Shown here: positions 47,013 through 58,305 of the stretch, in pieces
Numbering within the stretch: the stretch's first letter is position 1
How the letters are laid out: every line of letters begins with the position of its first letter
Assembly: GCA_950097015.1 (NCBI GenBank)
Contig: CATNEN010000001.1
Location: 5,580,001-5,644,000, forward strand
Direction of reading: 5' to 3'
Length of the DNA stretch: 64,000 bases
Origin: Macrostomum hystrix
Lineage: Eukaryota; Animalia; Platyhelminthes
The notes under the pieces: generated by a model
What the model saw: the letters and a program-made list of their open reading frames with translations, nothing else
What the model was told of the DNA's origin: nothing
Database searches by the model: none
Program-made: the position numbers and the translations under genes

Positions 47013-49129
47013 GAGCTTACATATGCGTAGTAAGTTCAAAAACCTTAGCTATTGATACCGTAGGCATCAAACCAAGTCAGCACGTAAAAGGTTGCAATTA
47101 AAAAAAAAGTAAAAAAGACAAAAAATCGAACAGAATGTGCGTTTTTAGTCTAGGCAAGACAATAATTTAGTTTAATAACAAGGTTACATACATATATAGC
47201 TATATGCATACCAAATTTCATATTCATATTCATATATATATATAATATGTAAAATGTTATTTGTCAAACTGAGTCCCAATATAGAGACTGATCGCTTCTG
47301 ATACAGCTGCTGAAGGAGGAAATATTTTATGGGGAAACTGCAAACAGAGTACAGTACTGTAATATATCAGTATATAATTGAACATTATGAACAACATAAA
47401 CACTAATTGCAACGCGTAAGAAACTAGACTTAATTTTTTTTCGTGCAGTATTTTAAAGCAGCAATTTTAGAGAAAGAAAAGCATTAACAGCATCAGCATC
47501 AGCAGCAGCAGCAGCAGCTGCTGCTTCAGTGAAAGCAGAATGTTTACAGGCAAAAACTGATGAAATTTGCTCAAATAGTATTCATTAAAAAAAGAAGAAC
47601 CGAAAAAACACATCGGGAAACGGGAGAGCAGGAATAACAAAAGAAGAATAGGAAAGAAAAATTCGAATGATAAAAACACACTCTGATGATGTCTATGAAT
47701 GAAACAATAAACAAAAATAGTTTAGATTGCCAGAACAATTCCATTTCACTAAAAACTATACGAACGCGGAAACAGCAGACGGTTTTATTACTTATTTTAC
47801 GAGACATACTACTTTTTCCAAACTTAACTATTAGAAAACAAGACAGTAGTATAAGATGCTAGTTGTTATCGAAAAACTTAACATGATAACAATTAGAGGA
47901 ATTGTGTATCGTTTGTAACTACATCACGAAAGCTAAATTACACAATGTCATATTTCTTATTGCTTTTATGTAATTCGGATGCGCTAATTAAATTGATTAT
48001 TACACACGTTGTTCATTAAAGTACATTTACGCCGATGAGCGCGTCAGCCGATAAATGCAGCTCGAAAAGTGATGATACAATAAAAAAACTAACAATACGA
48101 TCGTATAAGTACAAACGCTTTATAAAAGTACTTGGTGATGCCATAAAAAACTAACTAATAGCAAGTTGTCAAAAATCTTTTGAAACGAGATTGCGTAGAG
48201 TTTTAAAGTTTGTTCAGCTAGTGTTAAGACGGATGAAGAAAATAAATGGATCCACGAAAGAGACAGACAGAGAGACAGAGAAGATAAGAATGCAAGCGTT
48301 CGCTTTGATCTGATTGGCTGGCGGGCGATAATTTGAGAGAAGTCGCGAAAATTTATGCGAACATGTTCGCATCTGTCTACTTTCTGTGCTAATGAGTAGG
48401 CTAGAGGGTAAAATATATGCTAAAAATAGGAGTATGAGGAGAACACGAATTTAAGTTAGAATAGTGTAAACTTTAGATAACAGAACAGATATAACAAATA
48501 TGGACAATAAAATAATATCATTAGGTAAAATAAACAGACAGATGTCATGATTATTTTAGAACTTTGCTTTAAGAAGTTTCGAGTGAATTAGACCAATTTC
48601 AATGCCACAAAACAACGATAAAAAACACTGAAAACATTTAGGAGTTGTACCGTACGTAAGGGTTTACACCTGTAATCAGGTTATAGTAAGCTAATTAATC
48701 CTTCGAAGCATGATCAGCAAGATAATATAGTTTAAAAAAGCCAATAGTAAAAAAAGCAATAACAGTACAGGTAATAGATAAACAAAGTGTGATCATTTTG
48801 TACAGGCAGATACGCACTATTATTTTCAGAGTGTACTGTTCTTTTCAGCCAATTGTTAAATATAACCTACAGTAGAACCAGGCAAACAATGATTGCTTAA
48901 TATTAAAGCACTAGAAAAATTATACATCATTTTCAAAATAAAAAAATTTGACTGTACAAAACTTTAAAGCAGTCAAATAATGATAATGGGATATTTTGAC
49001 ATACCGAATTTTAATTAGCAATTATGCAACTTAGAAACCTATATTGTTCAAACATTTTCTCATAAATTGGAATTCCAAAAGCTTAAATATTCGCCCATTA
49101 AAAAAAACCCAGAGAAAAATTAAGAAATC

Positions 49130-49445
49130 GTTGGATTCCCAGAGTAGGTATTTCCCAACGAAGGGATTCCCCAGTTTAGGTATTCTCTAGCAAAGAAATT
49201 CCCAATTTTAGACATTCTTTAGCAAAGGGATTCCCTATTTTAGATATTTTTAGCAAAGGGATTTCCCATTATAAGTATTTCCTAGCTAAGGGATTCCCCA
49301 GCGGAGAGATTTCCTAACTAAGGGATTCCCTAGTTTAGCTATTTTCTAGCGAAGGGATTTCCCCACAGAAGTTATTCTCTAACAAAGGGTTTCCCCATCG
49401 TTGGTATTTCCTAGTTAAGGGATTCCCCAGCGAAGGGAAGTCCCT
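49130..49445. repeat. degenerate tandem repeat of about 36 bp built around AGGGATTCCC
   Basis: GGGATTCCC-like core recurs about 9 times, downstream of the LDB1 stop codon. Confidence 0.7.
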
Positions 49446-49965
49446 TAAAGTACAGATTGCGCTGTGAAGTTATTTACAAAATCTATAGTTGAATAACTCG
49501 CTATTTAAATAAATGAATCGACAAGTTTAAGGCGACATCAGTTTAAACAGCAACCACTCAGACATATTAAAGCATAATTTTTGTACACAATTAAAGAACT
49601 GCGAACTGTACAAAAAGTTCAGAAGCTACTTAAAAAACGGCATGATGGACACAGGGCACGCCGTACAAACAGATGCCTTCTACGCAGAATTTTGGACATT
49701 AGTAACATACAACAATAAATTGGACTTAGTAAACAACGAAGCGAAATATTTGACGCATGCATCGTAACTACAGCAGTGCTATGAGTAGGACTCATTGTAT
49801 GATTCTGGACCTTGCAAATATTACTCAGCCTTAAGTAAGATCCTATCCAAGCACTAGCCGGTATCATAAAAATGAGCAACTCTTCCAAAAAAAGACAATA
49901 AAAAAGCAATCAAGAAAAAGTAAATAGAGTTAATTTAAAATGAATAAATCAATGCGTCATGAATG

Positions 49966-52900
49966 TCAATCCATCATGCCTAGTGGAGTGCCTGGTTTAC
50001 TTCTACAGGAACCTAAGCTGCCGGCCGGACTATGCGGCACAGACATGGGCGGCATGCCTGACATGTAGCCACCCTGCTGCGGATGCGGCATCTGCTGGTA
50101 ATGCTGCTGCTGCTGCTGCTGATGAGGATGAGGCATCATTTGCATCGGCATAGACATTGGCGGCTGCTGCATATGCTGCATCGGAGGCTGATGATGCGGA
50201 TTATGATGCTGCGGCATCATCTGGGGTGGCATCATCATCATCGGCTGCTGATGCTGGTGCATTGAGTGCGGTGGCGGCGGCGGCAGACCTTGCTGAGGAT
50301 GACCGTATTTTGAATACGGCTGCTGCTGCTGCTGGGGTGGCGGATGATGATGCAAATGATGAGGCGGCATCGGAATGCCCTGCTGATGCTGCATCGGATG
50401 CTGCGGTTGCATCGGCGTAGGAGGATAATAGCCGCCGGCGCCGCCGCCGTACATCGGGCCGCCTCCGTTGGGTCCGCTGACACGGCTGGGATCGTACTGT
50501 GAATTCTCCAGTCGGGTGATGCATCTCTCGTCGGCCTCTCCGACACCGGCCGATGCGGCAGACGATGCGGCGGCTGCGGCGGCAGCGGCAGCAGCGGCAG
50601 CGGCGGCAGCGGCGGCAGCTGCAGCTGAATTGTTATTGCCAGTTGATCCCATCGGTTGTGGCGGTCCGTAGCACCCGCCGCCAACGCCGCCTAAACCGAT
50701 GCCACCCATTAGAGAGGGCTCCAATACAACCATGACATCGGTGGGACCTGCGCCAGGTGGACACGGCCCCGTGGCAGCCGCGGCTGCAGCCGCAGCGGCA
50801 GCGGCAGCAGCTCCGCCCTTTGCTGCAGCTTTCTTACCACCGCGACCCCCGCCAGTAGCAGCCCCCGCAGCGGCGCCCGTGTCAGCTGCTTTGCGTTTTT
50901 TCTTCGGTTTCGCTTTTGAAGCCGTCTGAGGCTGCTGCTGCTGCTGCTGTTGCTGAGGTCCGCTAGAAACTAAAGATGCGCTAGAAGCGTTTATACAAGC
51001 CGTACCATTTGCGGCAGATGATACGGCAGCCGAATTTGGCACGGCGGAGTCTAAGCCATTACCAGCGCAGCTTTTTTGCCATTTATGATAGAGCGCGCTC
51101 TGCAGGCACTGCCTGGGCGGCTGGCCCAACTGCTTCTGCAGAGTCATGAGCTCCTGCATTGGCTGCAGAATCACAGCCAATCGGCTGAAATTCACTAGTT
51201 CATTCGATAAGCCCACTCTGGTCAAGGGAGATTTAACGGCCGCCTCAGCTGGCGCGCCTGCTGCTGCCGTTGCCAACACGCAGCGTGGCACCAGTTCACG
51301 ATGCTGCTTCACCTCCATGCTCCATAGGCGAATGCGCATGTCGTCTAGTAGGAATTCCAGTAGTAGGCTAACCTCAGTCAGGATCTGGAGCCCATTGTTG
51401 TGAGTTCGATGAGATTAGCGCCTTTTATGTTGTATCACAGTTGTATCACTGCTATTGTCCACCTTCTCACTGCTATTGTCCACCTTCTCACTGCTATTGT
51501 CCACCTTCTCACTGCTATTGTCCACCTTCTCACTGCTATTGTCCACCTTCTCACTGCTATTGTCCACCTTCTCACTGCTATTGTCCACCTTCTCACTGCT
51601 ATTGTCCACCTTCTCACTGCTATTGTCCACCTTCTCACTGCTATTGTCACACCATTCTCACTGCTATTGTCCACCTTCTCACTGCTATTGTCCACCTTCT
51701 CACTGCTATTGTCCACCTTCTCACTGCTATTGTCCACCTTCTCACTGCTATTGTCCACCTTCTCACTGCTATTGTCACACTATTGTTACTGCTATTGTCA
51801 CTCCATTCTCACTGCTATTGTCACACCATTATCACTGCTATTGTCCACCTTCTCACTGCTATTGTCCACCTTCTCACTGCTATTGTCACACCATTCTCAC
51901 TGCTGTTGTCACACTATTCTCACTGCTATTGTCACTCCATTCTCACTGCTATTGTCACACCATTCTCACTGATATTGTTACACCATTCTCACTGCTATTG
52001 TCACACCATTCTCACTGCTATTGTCACACCATTCTCACTGCTATTGTCACACCATTCTCACTGCTATTGTCACACGATTCTCACTGCTATTGTCACATCA
52101 TTCTCACTGCTATTGTCACACGATTCTCACTGCTATTGTCACACGATTCTCACTGCTATTGTCACACTATTCTCACTGCTATTGTCACACTATTCTCACT
52201 GCTATTGTCACACTATTCTCACTGCTATTGTCACACCATTCTCACTGCTATTGTCACACTATTCTCACTGCTATTGTCACACTATTCTCACTGCTATTGT
52301 CACACCATTCTCACTGCTATTGTCACACCATTCTCGCAGCTATTGTCACACTATTCTCACTGCTATTGTCACACTATTCTCACTGCTATTGTCACACTAT
52401 TCTCACTGCTATTGTCACACCATTCTCACTGCTATTGTCACACCATTCTCGCAGCTATTGTCACACCATTCTCACTGCTATTGTCACACTATTCTCGCAG
52501 CTATTGTCACACCATTCTCACTGCTATTGTCACACTATTCTCGCAGCTATTGTCACACCATTCTCACTGCTATTGTCACACTATTCTCACTGCTATTGTC
52601 ACTCCATTCTCACTGCTATTGTCACACCATTCTCACTGCTATTGTCACACCATTCTCACTGCTATTGTCACACTATTCTCGCAGCTATTGTCACACCATT
52701 CTCACTGCTATTGTCACACTATTCTCACTGCTATTGTCACACCATTCTCACTGCTATTGTCACACCATTCTCACTGCTATTGTCACTCCATTCTCACTGC
52801 TATTGTCACACCATTCTCACTGCTATTGTCACACCATTCTCACTGCTATTGTCACACCATTCTCACTGCTATTGTCACACCATTCTCACTGCTATTGTCA

Positions 52901-54936
52901 CACTATTCTCGCAGCTATTGTCACACCATTCTCGCAGCTATTGTCACACTATTCTCACTGCTATTGTCACACCATTCTCACTGCTATTGTCACACCATTC
53001 TCACTGCTATTGTCACACCATTCTCACTGCTATTGTCACACCATTCTCACTGCTATTGTCACACCATTCTTACTGCTATTGTCACACCATTCTCACTGCT
53101 ATTGTCACACTATTCTCGCAGCTATTGTCACACCATTCTCACTGCTATTGTCACACTATTCTCGCAGCTATTGTCACACCATTCTCACTGCTATTGTCAC
53201 ACTATTCTCACTGCTATTGTCACACCATTCTCACTGCTATTGTCACACCATTCTCACTGCTATTGTCACACCATTCTCACTGCTATTGTCACACCATTCT
53301 CACTGCTATTGTCACACCATTCTCACTGCTATTGTCACACCATTCTCACTGCTATTGTCACACCATTCTCACTGCTATTGTCACACCATTCTCACTGCTA
53401 TTGTCACACTATTCTCGCAGCTATTGTCACACCATTCTCGCAGCTATTGTCACACTATTCTCACTGCTATTGTCACACCATTCTCACTGCTATTGTCACA
53501 CCATTCTCACTGCTATTGTCACACCATTCTCACTGCTATTGTCACACCATTCTCACTGCTATTGTCACACCATTCTCACTGCTATTGTCACACTATTCTC
53601 ACTGCTATTGTCACACCATTCTCACTGCTATTGTCACACCATTCTCACTGCTATTGTCACACCATTCTCACTGCTATTGTCACACCATTCTCACTGCTAT
53701 TGTCACACCATTCTCGCAGCTTACCTTGCACATGACTGGCTGGCAGCGGCAGTAGGTGGTGACTAGCTCAGCAGATGGGCAGGACACCACAAGCAGATGA
53801 GAGGCTGGGTGTCCTGGCATGGACTGGGGCGGTCTAGGCGGAGATGGCACCAGGGCCTCCTGTGACGAGCGCAGGCGTAGAAAAGCTTCGTCGCAGGTTC
53901 GCAGCAGGCTGTGAAAGAAGCGTGGAATTAGAGACCGACCGACGCTGTAGGACCGAGGCGTCGGGTCTTCAGGCAGGCCGAATGTTACCTGAAGAAATCG
54001 CAGCATAAAATTTGTTTCGTCACGAGTTCTGGCACAATAATGTCTTTAGTCTATGGACAAATCTACGCACACTTCTGAGCACAGAAATTTAGGCTTTTAA
54101 AGCCAAATATGGAAACCCTCATTCCAACACAGATAGATTAAACACATCCCTAAATCCTAAACCCGAGATTGGAAAATCCTCAGATACTCAAAATCAGAGC
54201 AAAACATCAACAAAGAAAAAGTGATCCGCACGTCTTAAACAGCTAATTTAAAGTTCAGAACAAGTCAAGATCTCAAAATTAAAAGAGCACATTTAGATCC
54301 TTAAATTATGATACAAAAGCGAGAAGTGATTCTCACCTGCACCATTGCCGAATCGTCAAAGAATTCGTTAGCAAAAGCGTCCCACCATAAGATAGGCGTC
54401 TCCCTGGGCCTTTGCGACAGTCGCCGATTGATTTCGTGCACTCTTAAATCGCCACTTTGCGGCGGAGGCGGCGGCATTGGCGGCGGCGGAGGCGGTGGCA
54501 TCGGGCGCATCAGGTGAGGCGGCGGAGGCGGAGGCGCCTGGTGATGATGCGGATGATGATGATGATGCGGCGGCGGCGGCGGTGGAGGCGGCAACGGCTG
54601 GTGATGATGCAGGGGTCCCATGGGGTGCTGCTGATGGTGAGAAGCCGCGGAGACGTTCTGAGGCGGAATGGCGCCAGGCGAAGTGACCGGACCTCGATAA
54701 TAGCAAGACGCTGGAGGAGGCGGCGGTGGCGGCGGCAGAGGCGGCTGCTGCTGCTGTGGCTCCGGTGTAGCCACTGCAGACTGCCGACTGCCCGGCCTTG
54801 ATGACTGGCGAGACTGGAAGGAATTCGGTATTAAAGCACACTTGCATAAAATATGACCTTGAAAATTACCATTTTCATTTGCTATGCGCACGATGCCAGG
54901 GTGTGATAGGCTCAGACGACCTTGGGGATACCCCAT
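49966..54936 (-). CDS. LDB1: LIM domain-binding protein (LDB1/2, Chip) with His/Pro/Gln-rich extensions
   Basis: Exons about 54813-54337, 53988-53725 and 51384-49966, phase 0. Dimerization domain DLRVHEINRRL...WWDAFANEFFDD, SVGRSLIPRFF, DDMRIRLW...HRELVPR; LCCD TRVGL...VILQPMQELM; NLS KPKKKRK; LID DVMVVLEPSLMGG...DERCITRLENSQYD. The start is uncertain: ATG 54936 in frame, or MKM followed by a 56-bp intron at 54869-54814. Confidence 0.92.
51447..53718. repeat. 21-bp (ACTGCTATTGTCCACCTTCTC) grading into 23-bp (ACTGCTATTGTCACACCATTCTC) minisatellite, filling an LDB1 intron
   Basis: Directly visible; occupies about 2.27 of the 2.34-kb intron. Confidence 0.98.
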
Positions 54937-55344
54937 TTATTTAGATTGTCAACGCACACAAGTAGTGTCACAATTGGCTTGAACGACCTGAGTCGAACGG
55001 ATTTTCTTTTATCGGATTTCAAAGTCTCAAATATAAACTTCTCTATAAGTATAAACCAATAAATCAAAGCAACAAACAAATGTAAAATGCTTCTCTGCTA
55101 ATTACTTATATGCTGAGTAATTTATTTGCACATTAGGAATTACGCATATAATTAAAAAATGTGTATCAAAACAAAGCTTGATAAAAATGAATCCATCAGA
55201 ATTGCTTTAAATTTAGATTTCAGATGAACAATGGCACTTTAAATCAGCTTGATTGACAGGTGTTTACACTTGAGACAGATGCTTTAAAGGACTAAGTTAC
55301 TCGCATCCATCGCATTAATTATATTAATATTTAATTGATATCGG

Positions 55345-56570
55345 TTACTTCGTCAACTGAGCTACGGCCTCTTCAGTTGTGGCCTTCAGGCGAGCCTTCA
55401 CACTGTCCGAAGACATTTCAGACAGGGCGGCTGTGATCACACCTGCTGACAGACGGCCGCTTCGACTGCTGCCTTCATGCTGGACGGTTGGGAGACATCC
55501 TGGTGACTGCTGAACAGCCTGAGGAACAGCTGGGGGGTGAAAAACAATGAGACTATGCAAATCTATAGAGTCAATTATAGTTATTCCATTATTGTGATGT
55601 GAAGCTTCAAGACCTGCTTATCTTCTCGCATCTCTTTTTTAATCACTCTACCGTCTCGTGTCTCCCCTGTTTTATCTCACCACTGCCTCATATACCCGCT
55701 GTATAACTTCTTAATCTATAAGAATTATATCGTCTAAGTCTTTTCTCTCCTTGTCGCCTTTCTGCCTTATATTTACCATGTCTCATATCTCCCACCTGTC
55801 TCATAGCCCACCAGTCTCATATCTCACGTGTCTCCTATCTCACATGTCTGCTATCTCACCTGTCTCTTATCTCACCTGTTTCACATCTCCCATGTTTAGT
55901 ATTTTCCACCAGTCTCATATCTCCCACCTGTCTCATAGCCCACCAGTCTCATATCTCACCTGTCTCATATCTCACCTGTCTCCTATCTCACCTGTCTCCT
56001 ATCTCACCTGTTTCACATCTCCCATGTTTAGTATTTCCCACCAGTCTCATATCTTCCTTTGTCTCATAGCCCACCAGTCTCATATCTCACCTGTCTCATA
56101 TCTCACCTGTCTGCTATCTCACCTGTCTCCTATCTCACCTGTCTGCTATCTCACCTGTCTCCTATCCCACCTGTCTCCTATCCCACCTGTCTCCTATCTC
56201 ACCTGTTTCACATCTCCCATGTTTAGTATTTCCCACCAGTCTCATATCTTCCTTTGTCTCATCTCTCCTAGAAGCAGTTTCCTATTCCCAAAAAATGGCA
56301 CAGCCAGACTCACCTGCTGAACAGACTCAGGCTGTCGCATCTGAACAGCAGAATCAAATCTCATTGTGGTCAGAGTTCCAACTCAAAACATCGCGTGACA
56401 CTATCAGGTCCAGGTAGCAACCGGGGCACTCCATAGGTCACGATTTTCCACGGGAAATTTCTTTGCCATAGCAATCTGCAGACCTGGAGGCAAACAATCG
56501 ACTTCGCCCAAGAGCACACAACCGAGCAGTACAGATTTTAGAGTCACATCTAGTTGCCATGCCAACCTAT
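55345..56570 (-). pseudogene. decayed tandem duplicate of glutathione S-transferase kappa
   Basis: 55360-55560 is a close copy of GSTK1 exon 2 (ITAALSEMSSDSVKARLKATTEEAVA) with indels and truncation. About 56316-56570 resembles exon 1 (GTLTTMRFDSAVQMRQPESVQQ|GTGAGT) and is disrupted upstream. Confidence 0.8.
55790..56265. repeat. degenerate 16-bp repeat (TATCTCACCTGTCTCM)n with longer duplicated blocks, in the pseudogene intron
   Basis: Directly visible. Confidence 0.9.
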
Positions 56571-56924
56571 AGCGGCCCAGTAGATTTCAAAGCCAAGTAC
56601 AGCATGACTAACCTTGGCTGAAAAATATAATAATAGGCATACATAGACTCTTGAGACTACTGTTTAGGTCTTCTTAAACCAGTAGTATAAAATGATCATT
56701 AATAAAATATCGAAAAAAAACAAATTCGAAGTCAACAGAAATATAACTTATTCAGATTAAATAGTGTATAACTAAATCAATATTTTTATAATCGTAAGGC
56801 AAGTAATAAAAAGTTAAGCTACTAATAATCATTATTCTTGATTTCTTATCAATACCGAAGTAAAAAAATTTTTTATAAAACTAGCTGGAATTGTCAAGCT
56901 CCACCAATCAGTCAATTAAATTAT

Positions 56925-58305
56925 CTAAATCTTCGCAGCCAGATGCTTCAACGGACCTCGGTACTCGACACCTAAAATGAGTACAAGTTTTTAATAATTA
57001 CGAGAATATCGACCGAATATTTAATTAATATCGGGCAGTTCGTCAGCTCACCCAGCAGGTCGCCGATGATGTGGAATCGGTCGGAGCCGAACACCATCTC
57101 CTGCCTACCGTCCGCGGTGTGCACAACGAATGTTGGCGAGCCGAATGCGCCAAGAGCTACGGCCTCTTCAGTTGTGGCCTTCAGGCGAGTCTTCACACTG
57201 TCCGAAGACATGTCAGACAGGGCGGCTGTGATCACATCGGCTGACAGGCCGGCCGCTTCTGCTGCCTCCTTCAGGCTGGACGGCTGGGAGACATCCTGGT
57301 GACTGCTGAACAGCCTGAGGAACAGCTGCCGGCTCAGCTGCAAACAATGAGACTATGCATATTGATGGAGAGCCTTAATTTGAGGATTTGGGAGAGTGAC
57401 AAACTCAATCAGAGGATCTGGCAGAGTGACAAACTCAATCAGAGGATCTGGGAGAGTAACAAACTCAATCAGAGGATCTGGGAGAGTAACAAACTCAATC
57501 AGAGGATCTGGGAGAGTAACAAACTCAATCAGAGGATCTGGGAGAGTAACAAACTCAATCAGAGGATTTGGGAGAGTTACAAACTCAATCAGAGGATCTG
57601 GGAGAGTGACAAACTCAATCAGAGGATTTGGGAGAGTGACAAACTCAATCAGAGGATCTGGGAGAGTGACAAACTCAATCAGAGGATCTAGGAGAGTGAC
57701 AAACTCAATCAGAGGATTTGGGAGAGTGATAAACTCAATCAGAGGATTTGGGAAAGTGACAAACTCAACCAGAGGATCTAGGAGAGTGACAAACTCAATC
57801 AGAGGATCTGGGAGAGTGACAAACTCAATCAGAGGATCTGGGAGAGTGACAAACTCAATCAGAGGATCTGGGAGAGTGACAAAGTCAATCAGAGGATCTG
57901 GGTGAGTGACAAACTCAATCAGAGGATCTTTAAGAGTGCCAGACATAATCTAAGAACACTCACAGGCTCCACAGCATCTGGCTGCTGCAGTTGAACTGCA
58001 GTCAAAAATCGCATAGTTGACAAAGTCCCAGTATTAAACATTCTCTCGATAACTTTGTCCGTCATAACCAATGGTACTCCATAGTGCTTGGCCAAGCGTG
58101 GCAGATCGAAGCGCATCATGTGTTCACCTTTTAGTGGCACTGTGCCTGGTGGTCTATTATTGGCACCTTTCATCACGCCACCAAGGTAGAATGGACGAAA
58201 ATTAATGGCTAAATTCCACACAGTTCTATGACGACAGAGCACCTCAAAGCCAAGGAAAGTATAGGGCGAGATAACATCAAAATAGAAATCGATTCGGCGA
58301 GACAT
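56925..58305 (-). CDS. GSTK1: glutathione S-transferase kappa (DsbA-like fold), 3 exons, 224 aa
   Basis: Exons 58305-57964, 57337-57052, 56971-56925. Motifs: IDFYFDVISPYTFLGFEVL (catalytic Ser), RPFYLGGVMK, GAFGSPTFVV, FGSDRF. The C-terminus is AKI, which is PTS1-like. Confidence 0.95.
57380..57930. repeat. 30-bp minisatellite (AGAGGATCTGGGAGAGTGACAAACTCAATC)n in GSTK1 intron 1
   Basis: About 18 visible copies. Confidence 0.97.

Noticed and set aside
5741-53766. Other repeat-derived ORFs (ARIV, LGYNPS, SLSP, GATTTW, SHHSHCYCHT and similar)
   Set aside because: Each coincides exactly with a minisatellite, several of them inside introns of real genes.
41670-58305. Glutathione-themed cluster of LANCL3 and GSTK1
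   Set aside because: They are only two genes, separated by LDB1 and about 12 kb. Glutathione chemistry is established for LANCL1/2 rather than LANCL3, so coincidence cannot be excluded without synteny data.
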